Shown: positions 30,982 to 41,626 of the stretch, in pieces
How the letters are laid out: every line of letters starts with the position of its first letter
How positions within the stretch are numbered: the stretch's first letter is position 1
IMG/VR virus record: IMGVR_UViG_3300042516_005163
Coordinates: 1 to 64,000 of that record
DNA from: a virus
DNA length: 64,000 bases
Reading direction: 5' to 3' (one strand)
The notes under the pieces: generated by a model
Databases searched by the model: none
What the model was told of the DNA's origin: nothing
What the model saw: only the letters and a program-made list of their open reading frames with translations
Translations under genes and position numbers: made by a program

Positions 30982-32801
30982 CAAAAGACCCTAATTTCGT
31001 AGAATATAAATTACCAACAAATGCATATGCATCGTTTGATGCTATGTCAATGAAGCAACAAATCATCGATAGATTAACAACTAATGGTGTTTTTACTGAC
31101 CAGGTATTTGAAGGTAGTAATTTAAATGCAATTATTGATATAGTTGCATATATGTATCACGTTTTACTTTTTCAACTCAATCAAAACGCATCAGAAGGTA
31201 TTTTTACCCAAGCTACAATTTATGAAAACATGAATAAGCTTGTCACGTTACTAAATTATAAGCCAAATGGACAACACACATCATTATTAGATTTTACTGT
31301 TACCGCTAATATTGGAATACCTGTTGGTGTGTATTTGATAAGACGTTTTAGTTATATACCAGTTGATGGTTATAATTATACCACTATCAATGATATTACT
31401 TTTGAAAAAACAGTTAGTAGTGCTGAAGAAGTAGCAACAAATAATGTTTCCTTATATCAAGGTACACTTACAGAGTACCCAACATATGTTGCAACAGGTG
31501 AAAATTTCGAAACTGTTTTCATTGCATATAATAATTTAGTAGATGTTACAACACAAAAATTTGTAAGTGATAATACGTTTTCAGTATTTGTTAGAGAAAT
31601 AAACGATAATAAATGGTATGAATATACTGAAACACCTTCTTTATATTTGAATATAGGTACTGATCGTGTTTTTGAAAAACGCTTTAATGAAAATGGTAGA
31701 TATGAAGTTAAATTTGGTGACGGGGTTAATGGTAAAAGATTAACAGCAGGTGATTCTGTTGGTATTTATTTCATATTATCTGACGGGGAACCTGGATTAG
31801 TTTCACCTAACGCGTTACAGGGTAACCAAATGTTGTTATTCAATTCAACTCGCTTTAATCAAATTATTGGTGACATTTATGGTGATGTAACATTTGTAAC
31901 TCAAACTGATTTACCTAATTTAGCATTTGATAATGAATTTGGTAGTACACCTGTTTCGGATTCAGAAACTGTAGATGAAATTCGTGTTAACGCTCCTAAA
32001 TTATTTAGTGCTCAAAGCCGTGCTGTGACATTAACAGACTATAAGTCAATCTTAGATAAAAACTTTAATTATATTCTTGCTTCTACTCAAGCAATGAATA
32101 ATAACCAATATGTTAATACATATGTAAAATATTTTTATGATATTGGTTTAGGTCAACCTAATGATGATACCGACGTTTTAATTAACCAAGTTAATTTTAT
32201 GACTAGTACGAATTTTAACAATGTGTATCTTTTCATGGTACCTAAATTCGGAACGATCAGAAATGAAACAACACCAGTTACTTTAAGTGTATCACAAAAG
32301 CAGTTGGTTGTAACTGAATTAAATAAAGTGAAAAGTGCAACACATGAGGTGGTGCCTATGGACGCTATATATAAAGCATTTTCATTTGGATTAAATTTAC
32401 CTGGAGAACAGTTATCCACTACAATAAAAGATGAAACATTTTTAGTCATTAGACGATCTGAATTAAGTAAGCAGTCTCGTCTAAAAATTAAAAACGATGT
32501 TATATCAGTTATAACAAGTTATTTTGATACAGCAAATTGTGAACTTGGGCAGATTGTTGACTTAACTTCTCTATCTAATTCAATCTTAGCTATTGAAGGT
32601 GTGAGTAAGTTCTTTACAAGACGTGTAACTGCAACACAAACATTGCAATTACCTGTAATTAGCATGCTATATTGGAATCCTAACTATTCTACTGCAGATA
32701 TTAATATTGCTGCACAAAATATACCATTACAGGTATTTGAGTTTCCGTTTTTCTATCAGCAATCACTCTTAAGTAATAAAATCATAGTTGAAGATGAATA
32801 A
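30978..32801 (+). CDS. gp6: Baseplate wedge protein (T4 gp6-like)
   Basis: FTD.VFEGSNLNAIIDIVAY, LNYKP, YEVKFGDGVNGK and ETVDEIR.NAPK.F.AQ.RAVT.DY. Confidence 0.9.
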   Translation: MTKDPNFVEYKLPTNAYASFDAMSMKQQIIDRLTTNGVFTDQVFEGSNLNAIIDIVAYMYHVLLFQLNQNASEGIFTQATIYENMNKLVTLLNYKPNGQHTSLLDFTVTANIGIPVGVYLIRRFSYIPVDGYNYTTINDITFEKTVSSAEEVATNNVSLYQGTLTEYPTYVATGENFETVFIAYNNLVDVTTQKFVSDNTFSVFVREINDNKWYEYTETPSLYLNIGTDRVFEKRFNENGRYEVKFGDGVNGKRLTAGDSVGIYFILSDGEPGLVSPNALQGNQMLLFNSTRFNQIIGDIYGDVTFVTQTDLPNLAFDNEFGSTPVSDSETVDEIRVNAPKLFSAQSRAVTLTDYKSILDKNFNYILASTQAMNNNQYVNTYVKYFYDIGLGQPNDDTDVLINQVNFMTSTNFNNVYLFMVPKFGTIRNETTPVTLSVSQKQLVVTELNKVKSATHEVVPMDAIYKAFSFGLNLPGEQLSTTIKDETFLVIRRSELSKQSRLKIKNDVISVITSYFDTANCELGQIVDLTSLSNSILAIEGVSKFFTRRVTATQTLQLPVISMLYWNPNYSTADINIAAQNIPLQVFEFPFFYQQSLLSNKIIVEDE

Positions 32802-34986
32802 TATTTTTGCGCCATTCTCTATTACAAATTTTCAGGGGTATAGCACAGAATCTACCACTACATCTTCGTTTTCTCTAACAGGGTATACATTACCTATAAC
32901 ACCATTTACATGTAAACCTTCAACTAATGTTCAAATTGTAGGTGATCCTAATTTCTTTATCACCGAACCTGTAGTTTTTAGCTTTTTGACATCTGAAAAT
33001 AATAGCGGTAATCTTAACTTTGTTACTGAAGAAAATGTAATACCTACAAATTTGTCTAATAAAAGAATTGTTTGGTATTTCGGAGATGGTACATATTCTA
33101 ATCAACTCACAGGTAAGCATGTTTACACAAAACCTGGTATATACAATATTACAAATGTATATTTTGATGCATCTGGTTATTCATATCAAAATACATACTC
33201 ACTTCAGCTTACCGTTTATAACTTTATACCCGATGCTTTGGTACCTTCTATTTCAAGTGAATATGTATCATCAAATCAATATGTTTTAACTGCAGGTAAA
33301 ATTACCAACCCGTTTCGTATTGTTCGAACAACTTCATGGCAAAATAATTACCTACTTTCTGCTTCTTCTAGTTATAGACTTTATTCATTAAGTGGTACTG
33401 AAAATTATTTCGACCAAAAACTTACAACCAACAAATATGGTCATTTATACCCATATTCATCATTTTACGATGTACAAAGCGGTGAGTTGATCGAAATTCA
33501 AGACTTCACAACATCTAACACATTATTGTATTGTAAACTAAGCGGTGAAACACTTGTACAAACAACCGAAGAGGATATTAATAGTGTATTTTGTGGTGCT
33601 TCTGGTGATAAGCTATTATATTTTAAAGACGACTTACCACGATCGAATATTAATTTGTATGTTATACCATATGATATCAACGTAGAAGTAAACCAAGTAC
33701 CAATTGGTATTAATGCTACAGTTCTACCAAATACAGCTTTGAGTGCTTTAGCTATATCATCAAACGGTATAACTGGTGAAGGTTTTCGCAATAATACATT
33801 TGATATTGATAGTATTAAATTTGTAGGTGAAAAAATTAACTTTGTTGTTACAATAAAAGACAATGAATGGTTTACCGTAGCTCTATCTGGTAATACTTCC
33901 TTTGCAAATTTATCTGTCTACCCTATAAACAGTCAAGGGGTACCCGTACATAACATTGGAACAATTACAAGTAATTTTTCATACTTATCATCTGTTTCGG
34001 GGGGATTTTTCCGCGGGTTGTTTACACCATCTATAACTGCAACTGATATTCGTTTAAAGGTTGATGGTCTTTCCCTTAGCGGGTCACCGTCAATATTTAG
34101 CGGACTTAGTGGACTTAGTGGTGTATCATCAACATTTACCATATACCCTTCATCCGGTCAATATAATATTGCAAAAATTAACGAAGATTTTGATTTTACC
34201 AATCAAATGAAACAATTGAGATATCAAGAGTTTTTACAAGATTATAACGTGTTGTTTGATGACTTTTTTGGTACAATCTTTGGTAATTTATCTTCAGAGC
34301 CAACTTCAATGGGTAAATTACCATATGAGAAGATAACCAACTTTGTTTCAAATAAACATAATGTTGATAAATGTGATGTTGATTCGTTATTCTCAATGTC
34401 ATATGAAATCGCTAGTGATTTCAAAAAATTCGAGAAAAACAACTTCAATTACCCAGCTAAACTTAAACGTTATGCTGATATATTTTCAATCAATCATTCA
34501 CGTCTTTGGGGTGCTAAAAATCAATGGAATCTAAATTTTGACAATAAATTTGGTGCTGATTCGACAAAATATGGCATCAATTTTGGTACCAAATTAGATT
34601 TTTATACCACTGTGCTTACTGCAACAGATGGTTATATTATTGCGTATGAAAAGTTTAGTGATACATTTAAGTTATGCAATACTTACATTACAACTAGTTC
34701 GGCACTATCTACCTATGCTTTAAGTTCATACAATGACACATGGGGTTGGAATTTAGTATTAGGTACAGGTATTAGTGGTAGCGAGATACTCAAATATTAT
34801 GACTTCTATCAATATATTGATGTTAGAGATAATACTATTTTAGATAGTGTAATCAATTTTAACGACCCACTTAATACGGTAAATTATACAACTTCGTCAT
34901 ATAGCGAATGGGTAAATGATGGTGGTATCATTGATAATGTATTATCAAATATTTTATACACTAGTATCAATTTACTTAGTACTTAA
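32794..34986 (+). CDS. PKD-domain baseplate/virion protein
   Basis: WYFGDGT...HVYTKPGIYNIT PKD signature. The ATG overlaps the gp6 stop codon. Confidence 0.65.
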   Translation: MNNIFAPFSITNFQGYSTESTTTSSFSLTGYTLPITPFTCKPSTNVQIVGDPNFFITEPVVFSFLTSENNSGNLNFVTEENVIPTNLSNKRIVWYFGDGTYSNQLTGKHVYTKPGIYNITNVYFDASGYSYQNTYSLQLTVYNFIPDALVPSISSEYVSSNQYVLTAGKITNPFRIVRTTSWQNNYLLSASSSYRLYSLSGTENYFDQKLTTNKYGHLYPYSSFYDVQSGELIEIQDFTTSNTLLYCKLSGETLVQTTEEDINSVFCGASGDKLLYFKDDLPRSNINLYVIPYDINVEVNQVPIGINATVLPNTALSALAISSNGITGEGFRNNTFDIDSIKFVGEKINFVVTIKDNEWFTVALSGNTSFANLSVYPINSQGVPVHNIGTITSNFSYLSSVSGGFFRGLFTPSITATDIRLKVDGLSLSGSPSIFSGLSGLSGVSSTFTIYPSSGQYNIAKINEDFDFTNQMKQLRYQEFLQDYNVLFDDFFGTIFGNLSSEPTSMGKLPYEKITNFVSNKHNVDKCDVDSLFSMSYEIASDFKKFEKNNFNYPAKLKRYADIFSINHSRLWGAKNQWNLNFDNKFGADSTKYGINFGTKLDFYTTVLTATDGYIIAYEKFSDTFKLCNTYITTSSALSTYALSSYNDTWGWNLVLGTGISGSEILKYYDFYQYIDVRDNTILDSVINFNDPLNTVNYTTSSYSEWVNDGGIIDNVLSNILYTSINLLST

Positions 34987-34995
34987 ATATAATTG

Positions 34996-37638
34996 ATGGA
35001 GACTTCAGTTATATTTTCTTTTAGTGAGATAGATTATTCTATTACTAACCCAAAAGCTACTATTACGTATGATAATAGTGCTCCATTCACTTTTATAGAA
35101 TTTTTAAAATATACAGGGGATACATATACTCCAAATGTGTATGATAAATTTTATCAAGAGTATTTAAAAAGTTGGTACACAACACAAAATAAAACAGATA
35201 TAACAGAAGCAGATTTCATTGCAACTCAATATGTTGATCTACTTAAACAGTTAACACTCACCTATTCAACAAAAGATGAACAGCGTTTCCTATCAAATAT
35301 TGATTTTGATGACCCAGAAGACCTTGAAATTGTAATTCCATTTTATACAAGAAAGTTAAAGGAAATTATTATCTTTTACAAGGATAGAAGAGATAAACTT
35401 AAATTTGTTATCGATAAAAATAAACGTAAGACAACCAATTTAAGTATTGAACTTGCAATAAAAGAAAATATTATTGATTTCTTATTCGATAACAATACAT
35501 TTCACACATTAAATTATTCACATTCAGCTCTTGCAAATGATATTGAAATTGAAGTTGAAGAATTAGTTGACACATTTGGTGCATATTTAAATGCTGCTCC
35601 AACCCCTTCTTCATATGGTGGTGATTTAAGAGAGCAATATTATTCTGCAAACCGTAATGATATAAACGGTGATGATATCCTTTCTATTAATGATTATCTT
35701 TCTAACACGTTATTCAGAAATACGTTCTTAAAAGAACTTGGAGTTGCATTTACAGTAAACGTTAATTTAACATATGACCCGGTATGTAGTCCTAACAACC
35801 CTATTGGTAAGTTTATTGATGAAAAGACCAAGAACGGGATTACCCCCGCAGATAAACAATCACTCAAAACTCAGTTATTAGAAAAATATATTGGTGTTGA
35901 TTACTATTATATTCAACGCACAACTGATAATCAAATCTTATCAGGTAAGCTGTTAACAGCTAGAAACCCTTCAGGTAACCTTATAAACGTTAAAAACGCT
36001 TCTGTTGCTGCAGTACCATCAGATCAGTTAACATCATTGAAGAAAATCGGTTTATTCTTTAACGAAGATCATCAAGGTGTTTTAAGATTTGATAGTTCAA
36101 AAAGTGATTATACAATAGATACTAATCAAATTCAATCTGGTCAAACTATTGTATACCCAGATCCATTAGTTTACGGGGATGTATTTTACTATCAAAATAT
36201 ACCACTAACTTTTTATGTTGACAACACGGTTAACGCAAAAAACATTTCAACATCATATACGACTGGTGATCCGTTAGTTACATATCGCGATCAACCGTTC
36301 TACGCTTATTATTCAAAACAACAGACATATAGTGAGTCACCTGATAGTGCACAAGATGACTTTAAACGACTATACAATCAAGGTTACGCTCAAGGTTGGA
36401 AAGAAGACATTTACGGTAATGAATATGGAATGTTTAAAGATCCATTCGGTCAATATTTTTATGGTATTCAAGAGCAAAGTGAAAACTACGTTAAATTATT
36501 ACCATTAAATGGGTTTACATTTAATTTCAATATTAGCTCTGATTTAACAGGTTATCCACCCACTTTAACCAATTCAAAACTCACATTAAGTGGTGGTACA
36601 TTTGTGGGTCAAGATAGTATACCTAACTATTATTTTAATTTTAGACTTTTCCAACCATATCAAGATATCCCATCAAGATATGACTTGTACCCGCTTTCTG
36701 GTGTTTCAACTATTTTATTAAATCAAGTACCTCTTGCTCAGGCTACCACTGTTATTAGTTCAATTACAGGTACAAATACATATTTGGATATCAAAAACAA
36801 AACCTTACTCGAAGGTGGTGTTTATGTAAAAAATATTGTTACAAATGAAATCCAACCTCTTTCAACTGCATTACAACCCACCTTTAATAAGTATCCAGCT
36901 GCAGTTCGTAATGATATCTACAATGGCATAACAACATTTGATGTTATCTACAATACAATCGTACTTGATTCACCAAATTATGTTGTTGTGGAAAAAGTTG
37001 AGTTTGATTCAACTGGTTTTATTACACCAAAAACAGCTAATAGTTATGTTACTATTAATGGTGATCCGCTTGCTAAAAATAGTAATAAATTCTTTAGTCC
37101 AAAGACAAATGATATATTTTTCTATGTAACTAGAATTTATAATCAATTTTCTAACGATAGCAGCAAGATTATTTACCCAGAGATTTACAAATATAATATC
37201 AATGATAGTGTGTTGATTAAAGTGTTTCCACAAACTAACACCTATATTACAAATGTAAGTTCAAATTTCAGTTTATTCAATGTAATTAGTAGTTTAAACA
37301 TTGTAGAGATAGATACCCCTAGATTGACGTATAATAGTAGTAACAACTTGTTCGTTGCTAATTATATTGGTAAAGATTCTAATAAATCACCTTACTTATA
37401 TGATATTCAATTCAAACTAGTAGCTGATCAGGTACAAATAGAATCTTGCAAGGTGTTTGATATTAACACTTCAAAAGCTACTAGCAATTTTTATTGTGCA
37501 TCATCTTCAGGGGTATTATCAACTATATCAGCACCTGCTTCAAGTGTATATAGTTATTATAATTTAAACTTTTCCTTCTTTAGTTCTGTTTCAAACTTTA
37601 GCGTGTTAAATAACATGGAGGGATATTTTCAATTCTAA
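34996..37638 (+). CDS. Large baseplate/virion structural protein
   Basis: 880 aa in the baseplate operon. TAAATA lies 6 nt before ATG 34996. Confidence 0.55.
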   Translation: METSVIFSFSEIDYSITNPKATITYDNSAPFTFIEFLKYTGDTYTPNVYDKFYQEYLKSWYTTQNKTDITEADFIATQYVDLLKQLTLTYSTKDEQRFLSNIDFDDPEDLEIVIPFYTRKLKEIIIFYKDRRDKLKFVIDKNKRKTTNLSIELAIKENIIDFLFDNNTFHTLNYSHSALANDIEIEVEELVDTFGAYLNAAPTPSSYGGDLREQYYSANRNDINGDDILSINDYLSNTLFRNTFLKELGVAFTVNVNLTYDPVCSPNNPIGKFIDEKTKNGITPADKQSLKTQLLEKYIGVDYYYIQRTTDNQILSGKLLTARNPSGNLINVKNASVAAVPSDQLTSLKKIGLFFNEDHQGVLRFDSSKSDYTIDTNQIQSGQTIVYPDPLVYGDVFYYQNIPLTFYVDNTVNAKNISTSYTTGDPLVTYRDQPFYAYYSKQQTYSESPDSAQDDFKRLYNQGYAQGWKEDIYGNEYGMFKDPFGQYFYGIQEQSENYVKLLPLNGFTFNFNISSDLTGYPPTLTNSKLTLSGGTFVGQDSIPNYYFNFRLFQPYQDIPSRYDLYPLSGVSTILLNQVPLAQATTVISSITGTNTYLDIKNKTLLEGGVYVKNIVTNEIQPLSTALQPTFNKYPAAVRNDIYNGITTFDVIYNTIVLDSPNYVVVEKVEFDSTGFITPKTANSYVTINGDPLAKNSNKFFSPKTNDIFFYVTRIYNQFSNDSSKIIYPEIYKYNINDSVLIKVFPQTNTYITNVSSNFSLFNVISSLNIVEIDTPRLTYNSSNNLFVANYIGKDSNKSPYLYDIQFKLVADQVQIESCKVFDINTSKATSNFYCASSSGVLSTISAPASSVYSYYNLNFSFFSSVSNFSVLNNMEGYFQF

Positions 37639-38663
37639 TGCAAACAACTACATATTCTGTTTCAACGAATCCATGGGTAACGCAAGGTGATGCTGTTATA
37701 TTCAGCGATATCATTTATATCAAAGGTCAATCTACGTTTGAACTTAGCTTATCAGGTATAAATGAAACAGTTAACAAAGTTAAATCAATTACAATTGATT
37801 GGGGTGATGGCGCACCAGTTGAAACTCATACAATCGGGTTAGTTAAAAATTACTATAACGAAAGTGTAATTAATGAATTTTTAACAGGGGTTGAAAATAC
37901 CATCTGTACAAGTTATTACCACACATATTATCCAATTCAATCAAGTTATTTGGTTGAAAGAACATGTAAAGCTATAGTAACGTTTCTTGCTAATGAACAA
38001 ACATTACTTTCACAAAGTACATTAGAAATATATGTTCCTTTAAGAATTTCACAAACGTCGTATTATGATTCTGTTGAAGAATTGTTTTTAGTTAACAGCC
38101 AACTCTTACCTCTTTCAACTTCTAATACATTATTAAATTTACAGACATTGAATAGCAGGTTTACAATACCAGTTATTACAGATACAACTTTATCTGCATC
38201 TGCTGTTTCAACATTAACATCGTTCAGCACTAGTAATTTCTCAACATCAACAACACCACTTTCAGATCTTTACACATTATATGATGTTACAATAGTAACA
38301 AACTTTGATGGGGACTATAACATAACACCTGCAGCAACAATAAGACCAAACGTACCTCGTTCACTCTATCCAACTATTGGTATAGTTGACCCGTTAGTTG
38401 TATCGTTGACGGATGAATATCAAGTAGGTATATATGAAACTGGATCAACCGGGTGGGATACATACAAATTTTATGATGATGGTTCAGTTCATACAATTCG
38501 TTTAACAACATTGAGTGGTACATTTAATAGTGCTCAAATTATTTCCAACACATGTGGTGTAGGCATTGTTTCACTAACATCACCTGTAAGCTCGACGTAT
38601 GATATACAAATTACCACACCTCAAAGCAATGGTACGCTCTTCATACGATATAGTAAAACATAA
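37638..38663 (+). CDS. Virion structural protein (PKD-like IDWGDG)
   Basis: ITIDWGDG...YYHTY motif; T/S-rich. Confidence 0.5.
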   Translation: MQTTTYSVSTNPWVTQGDAVIFSDIIYIKGQSTFELSLSGINETVNKVKSITIDWGDGAPVETHTIGLVKNYYNESVINEFLTGVENTICTSYYHTYYPIQSSYLVERTCKAIVTFLANEQTLLSQSTLEIYVPLRISQTSYYDSVEELFLVNSQLLPLSTSNTLLNLQTLNSRFTIPVITDTTLSASAVSTLTSFSTSNFSTSTTPLSDLYTLYDVTIVTNFDGDYNITPAATIRPNVPRSLYPTIGIVDPLVVSLTDEYQVGIYETGSTGWDTYKFYDDGSVHTIRLTTLSGTFNSAQIISNTCGVGIVSLTSPVSSTYDIQITTPQSNGTLFIRYSKT

Positions 38664-38676
38664 ATAAATATATAAA

Positions 38677-39822
38677 ATGCCAAACATTAAGTTTTCAGAA
38701 TTACCACTTGCTACAACCGTCGACGGTAATGATATTTTTACTCTGGTAGAACAACCTCAGCTCGTTAATAAAATTGTCACATATCAGACTCTAGTAAGTC
38801 AAATCACTGCTTTAACACCAGTACAACAAACATCATTTGTTCGGTTATCTGGTGATACAATGACTGGTTATTTAACTCTTAATGCAAACCCAGTTAACAA
38901 TTTACATGCAGCAACAAAACAATATGTAGATACAGTAGCAGGAGATTTACCAATTGGTACGGTAATGTATTTTGCTGCAAGTTCTGCGCCTGTTGGTTGG
39001 TTTGAATGTGATGGTAGAATTTTGAATACAGCTTCATTCCCTGATTTATTTGCTGCTATTCGTTATACATATGGTGGTGCTGGTGTATCATTTAACTTAC
39101 CCGACTTACGTGGTGAATTTTTAAGAGGTTGGGATCGTAGTAGTGTACAAGGAGCGCGAGGTGTAGATTCTGGTCGTGTGTTTGGTAGTTCACAAACCGA
39201 CGCAATGAGACCACTTACCGGTGAAGCACCAATGTATGCTATTAATGGTTTTGGTACCGGTACTGGTGTATTTTCACAACCACCACAAAATGCAAATGGT
39301 AATGGTACAGCTCCTGGAACTTTTGCAAATTACGGGTTGAGATTTAATTCTCAAGCAGCACTATCAAGTAATACAGCTAATGAAATTAGACCACGCAACG
39401 TTGCGATGCTTCCATGTATAAAATATTCTTCAGCTGGTCAAGTTTCACAAGTTGGATTGAGTGCACAACAACTTATTAACTATATTACAAGTTTAAGTTC
39501 TCAAATACCTAATTCAAAGTCTGTAGCTAAAGCTTGGGTAACATTCGCAGGTCAAACAGCAACACCAGGTATTTCTGCTTTTTATAACGTAACAAGTGGT
39601 ACAAAAAACAGCACAGGTAATTATACATTCACATTTACTAGCGCTTTATCTGATGCAAGATATGGTGTTTTTATAAGTGATAATTATGCTGGTGCCGGCT
39701 CTGTTAACAGATATGTGATAAGTCAATCTACTAGCAATTTTACGGTGCAGTTTAAAGATTCAGGTGTCGGAGGCAACGTATATGACCCACCTTTTGCATA
39801 CATAGCTATTTTCGGCAATTAA
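38677..39822 (+). CDS. Tail fibre protein with phage tail-collar domain
   Basis: IKFSELP N-terminus and GDTMTG...AATKQYVD. Collar PIGTVMYFA...PVGWFECDG...FNLPDLRGEFLRGWD...RPRNVAMLPCIKY. C-terminal AKAWVTF domain. Confidence 0.9.
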   Translation: MPNIKFSELPLATTVDGNDIFTLVEQPQLVNKIVTYQTLVSQITALTPVQQTSFVRLSGDTMTGYLTLNANPVNNLHAATKQYVDTVAGDLPIGTVMYFAASSAPVGWFECDGRILNTASFPDLFAAIRYTYGGAGVSFNLPDLRGEFLRGWDRSSVQGARGVDSGRVFGSSQTDAMRPLTGEAPMYAINGFGTGTGVFSQPPQNANGNGTAPGTFANYGLRFNSQAALSSNTANEIRPRNVAMLPCIKYSSAGQVSQVGLSAQQLINYITSLSSQIPNSKSVAKAWVTFAGQTATPGISAFYNVTSGTKNSTGNYTFTFTSALSDARYGVFISDNYAGAGSVNRYVISQSTSNFTVQFKDSGVGGNVYDPPFAYIAIFGN

Positions 39823-39828
39823 TATATT

Positions 39829-40230
39829 ATGATAATTTTACACCCACAACAAGATAATAAATTAGCGGTAACCGTTCCATGTGTTAGTTTGGAATTAGCA
39901 ATCGCTGCGTTACCAACTAACACATATAAGGTTGTTGAAACACTTGATATTAACAATGATTTTTTTGATGCATATGAGTTTGATCAAGATAAAGGTGCTG
40001 TGTTAAATATCAAAAAGGCTAAAGAAATTAAACTTAATAAATTTAGACAAGCTCGTAAACCATTGCTTGAACAGTTAGACATTGAATATATGAGAGCTAT
40101 CGAAACATCTAATACTGCTAAAAAGAAGTCTATTGCAGCAACAAAACAAGAATTGAGAGATGTAACAGCTATTGAAATCCCAACTAATATCGATGAATTA
40201 GCTGAGTTTTGGCCTGACATTTTAAAATAA
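39829..40230 (+). CDS. Tail fibre assembly chaperone-like protein
   Basis: KAKEIK...RQARKPLLEQLDIEYMRAIE...KQELRDVT...WPDIL, directly after the fibre gene. Confidence 0.7.
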   Translation: MIILHPQQDNKLAVTVPCVSLELAIAALPTNTYKVVETLDINNDFFDAYEFDQDKGAVLNIKKAKEIKLNKFRQARKPLLEQLDIEYMRAIETSNTAKKKSIAATKQELRDVTAIEIPTNIDELAEFWPDILK

Positions 40231-40238
40231 ATATTCAT

Positions 40239-40727
40239 ATGAATATTTGGTTTTATGGTCTTCCCGCGGCAGGTAAAACAACTTTATCAAACGAGTTGTA
40301 TAAAATATTACCCCATACTAAACAACTCGATGAGGGTGTTGTTCGTAAGCTCTTTAACGATAATTTAGGGTATTCTAAAGCAGATAGATTTACCCAAATT
40401 AAACGAGTTGTTGCTCTTTGTAATCAATTAAACGATGTTGGGGTTGATTGTATTATGTCTGTTACAACACCTTATAAGGAGTTTAGAGCATACGTTAAAA
40501 CCCATCTTGAGAACGTAAAGCTTGTATATGTAGATTGTTCTCCAGAAACTTGCGAACGACGTGATCCGAAAGGAATGTATAAAAAAGCTAGAAATGGTGA
40601 GCTTAAAGAATTTACAGGTGTATCTAGCACATTCGAATACCCATCAGCAGGTGAATATGATTTATTTGTAAATACAGAAAATAATACAATTAGTGAATGT
40701 ATAGATCTAATTGTCAAAAAACTTTGA
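40239..40727 (+). CDS. cysC: Adenylyl-sulfate (APS) kinase
   Basis: IWFYGLPAAGKTT, LDEGVVRK, LGYSKADR and CERRDPKGMYKKARNGELKEFTGVSS.FEYP. Confidence 0.9.
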   Translation: MNIWFYGLPAAGKTTLSNELYKILPHTKQLDEGVVRKLFNDNLGYSKADRFTQIKRVVALCNQLNDVGVDCIMSVTTPYKEFRAYVKTHLENVKLVYVDCSPETCERRDPKGMYKKARNGELKEFTGVSSTFEYPSAGEYDLFVNTENNTISECIDLIVKKL

Positions 40728-40742
40728 AATGATCTCCCAGCC

Positions 40743-40850
40743 TCAAAAGGGTATCTGATCTTGAAATGGTAATATTGTTAATATGTTTTTAGTAACACAC
40801 GCAAACCCAGTATCAAGAGTTGGTAAATCACCAAAAAATACATAGTTCAT
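40743..40850 (-). pseudogene. 35-codon remnant resembling the N-terminus of a GT-B glycosyltransferase
   Basis: Hand translation MNYVFFGDLPTLDTGFACVTKNILTILPFQDQIPF* resembles the GD.P...TGF..VT.NIL start of GT4-like enzymes, then stops. Confidence 0.4.
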
Positions 40851-40915
40851 ATTATCTGTCATCAGATAAATTTAAACAATTTTGTTGATTTATCAATGCA
40901 ATTAATTATCTAAAA

Positions 40916-41626
40916 TTATGGTGTTGCTGGAATAGCTGTACCATAACGAGTATTGAAATATGTCCATACTGTATTGCGAGCTCCACTGCTTAACACACTG
41001 TTATAGAACAATAATTCACTAATTTCGTAGTTTGCATATAACCCATCACCCCGGCGGAACAATCGCATTGGTGCTGCAGACTTTGAGTAATTAGCTGATG
41101 TACTGCCATTTGTGTTATCACTGGCTCGTAATGTACCAGTTGTTGCATTACCAGTTATACAATAAGCAAAGTTATTACCCACGGACATTGTAGCTTGAAA
41201 TATACCTCCGGTGTTTGCATTAATAGTACACACTGAACTACCATTATATTGTAACAATATATAATTACCATCTGGACCAAAATCATCAACGCCTATAATG
41301 TTTACAGTACCGGTATCACTGACTAACTTACCAACCACAAAAAGGGACCATGCAGTACAACTTACTAAAGAACTTAATAACATACCATCGTTAACCCCAT
41401 CTGCTTGTACCGCTGGGCGACCATTAATGCGATTGGTTTTAAATGTTGGGCGCTCTGTACCACTACTAGTAAAATGATTACCATTACCACTCCAATCTGT
41501 AAACTGGCTAACAGGGTCATTGTTAGCATAGCTTTCTTGATTAGCATCTAACCAAATTAATGGACCACTAACCGGGGGTAAATTGGGACCAGTTGCTGCA
41601 AAAATACCATGTAAAGAAGGAATCAT
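40916..41626 (-). CDS. LamG/ConA-like lectin-domain virion protein
   Basis: LIWLDAN...VSQFTDWSGNGNHFT...QADGVNDGM...EISELLFYNSVLS....VWTYFNTRYG. Confidence 0.7.
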   Translation of the reverse strand: MIPSLHGIFAATGPNLPPVSGPLIWLDANQESYANNDPVSQFTDWSGNGNHFTSSGTERPTFKTNRINGRPAVQADGVNDGMLLSSLVSCTAWSLFVVGKLVSDTGTVNIIGVDDFGPDGNYILLQYNGSSVCTINANTGGIFQATMSVGNNFAYCITGNATTGTLRASDNTNGSTSANYSKSAAPMRLFRRGDGLYANYEISELLFYNSVLSSGARNTVWTYFNTRYGTAIPATP

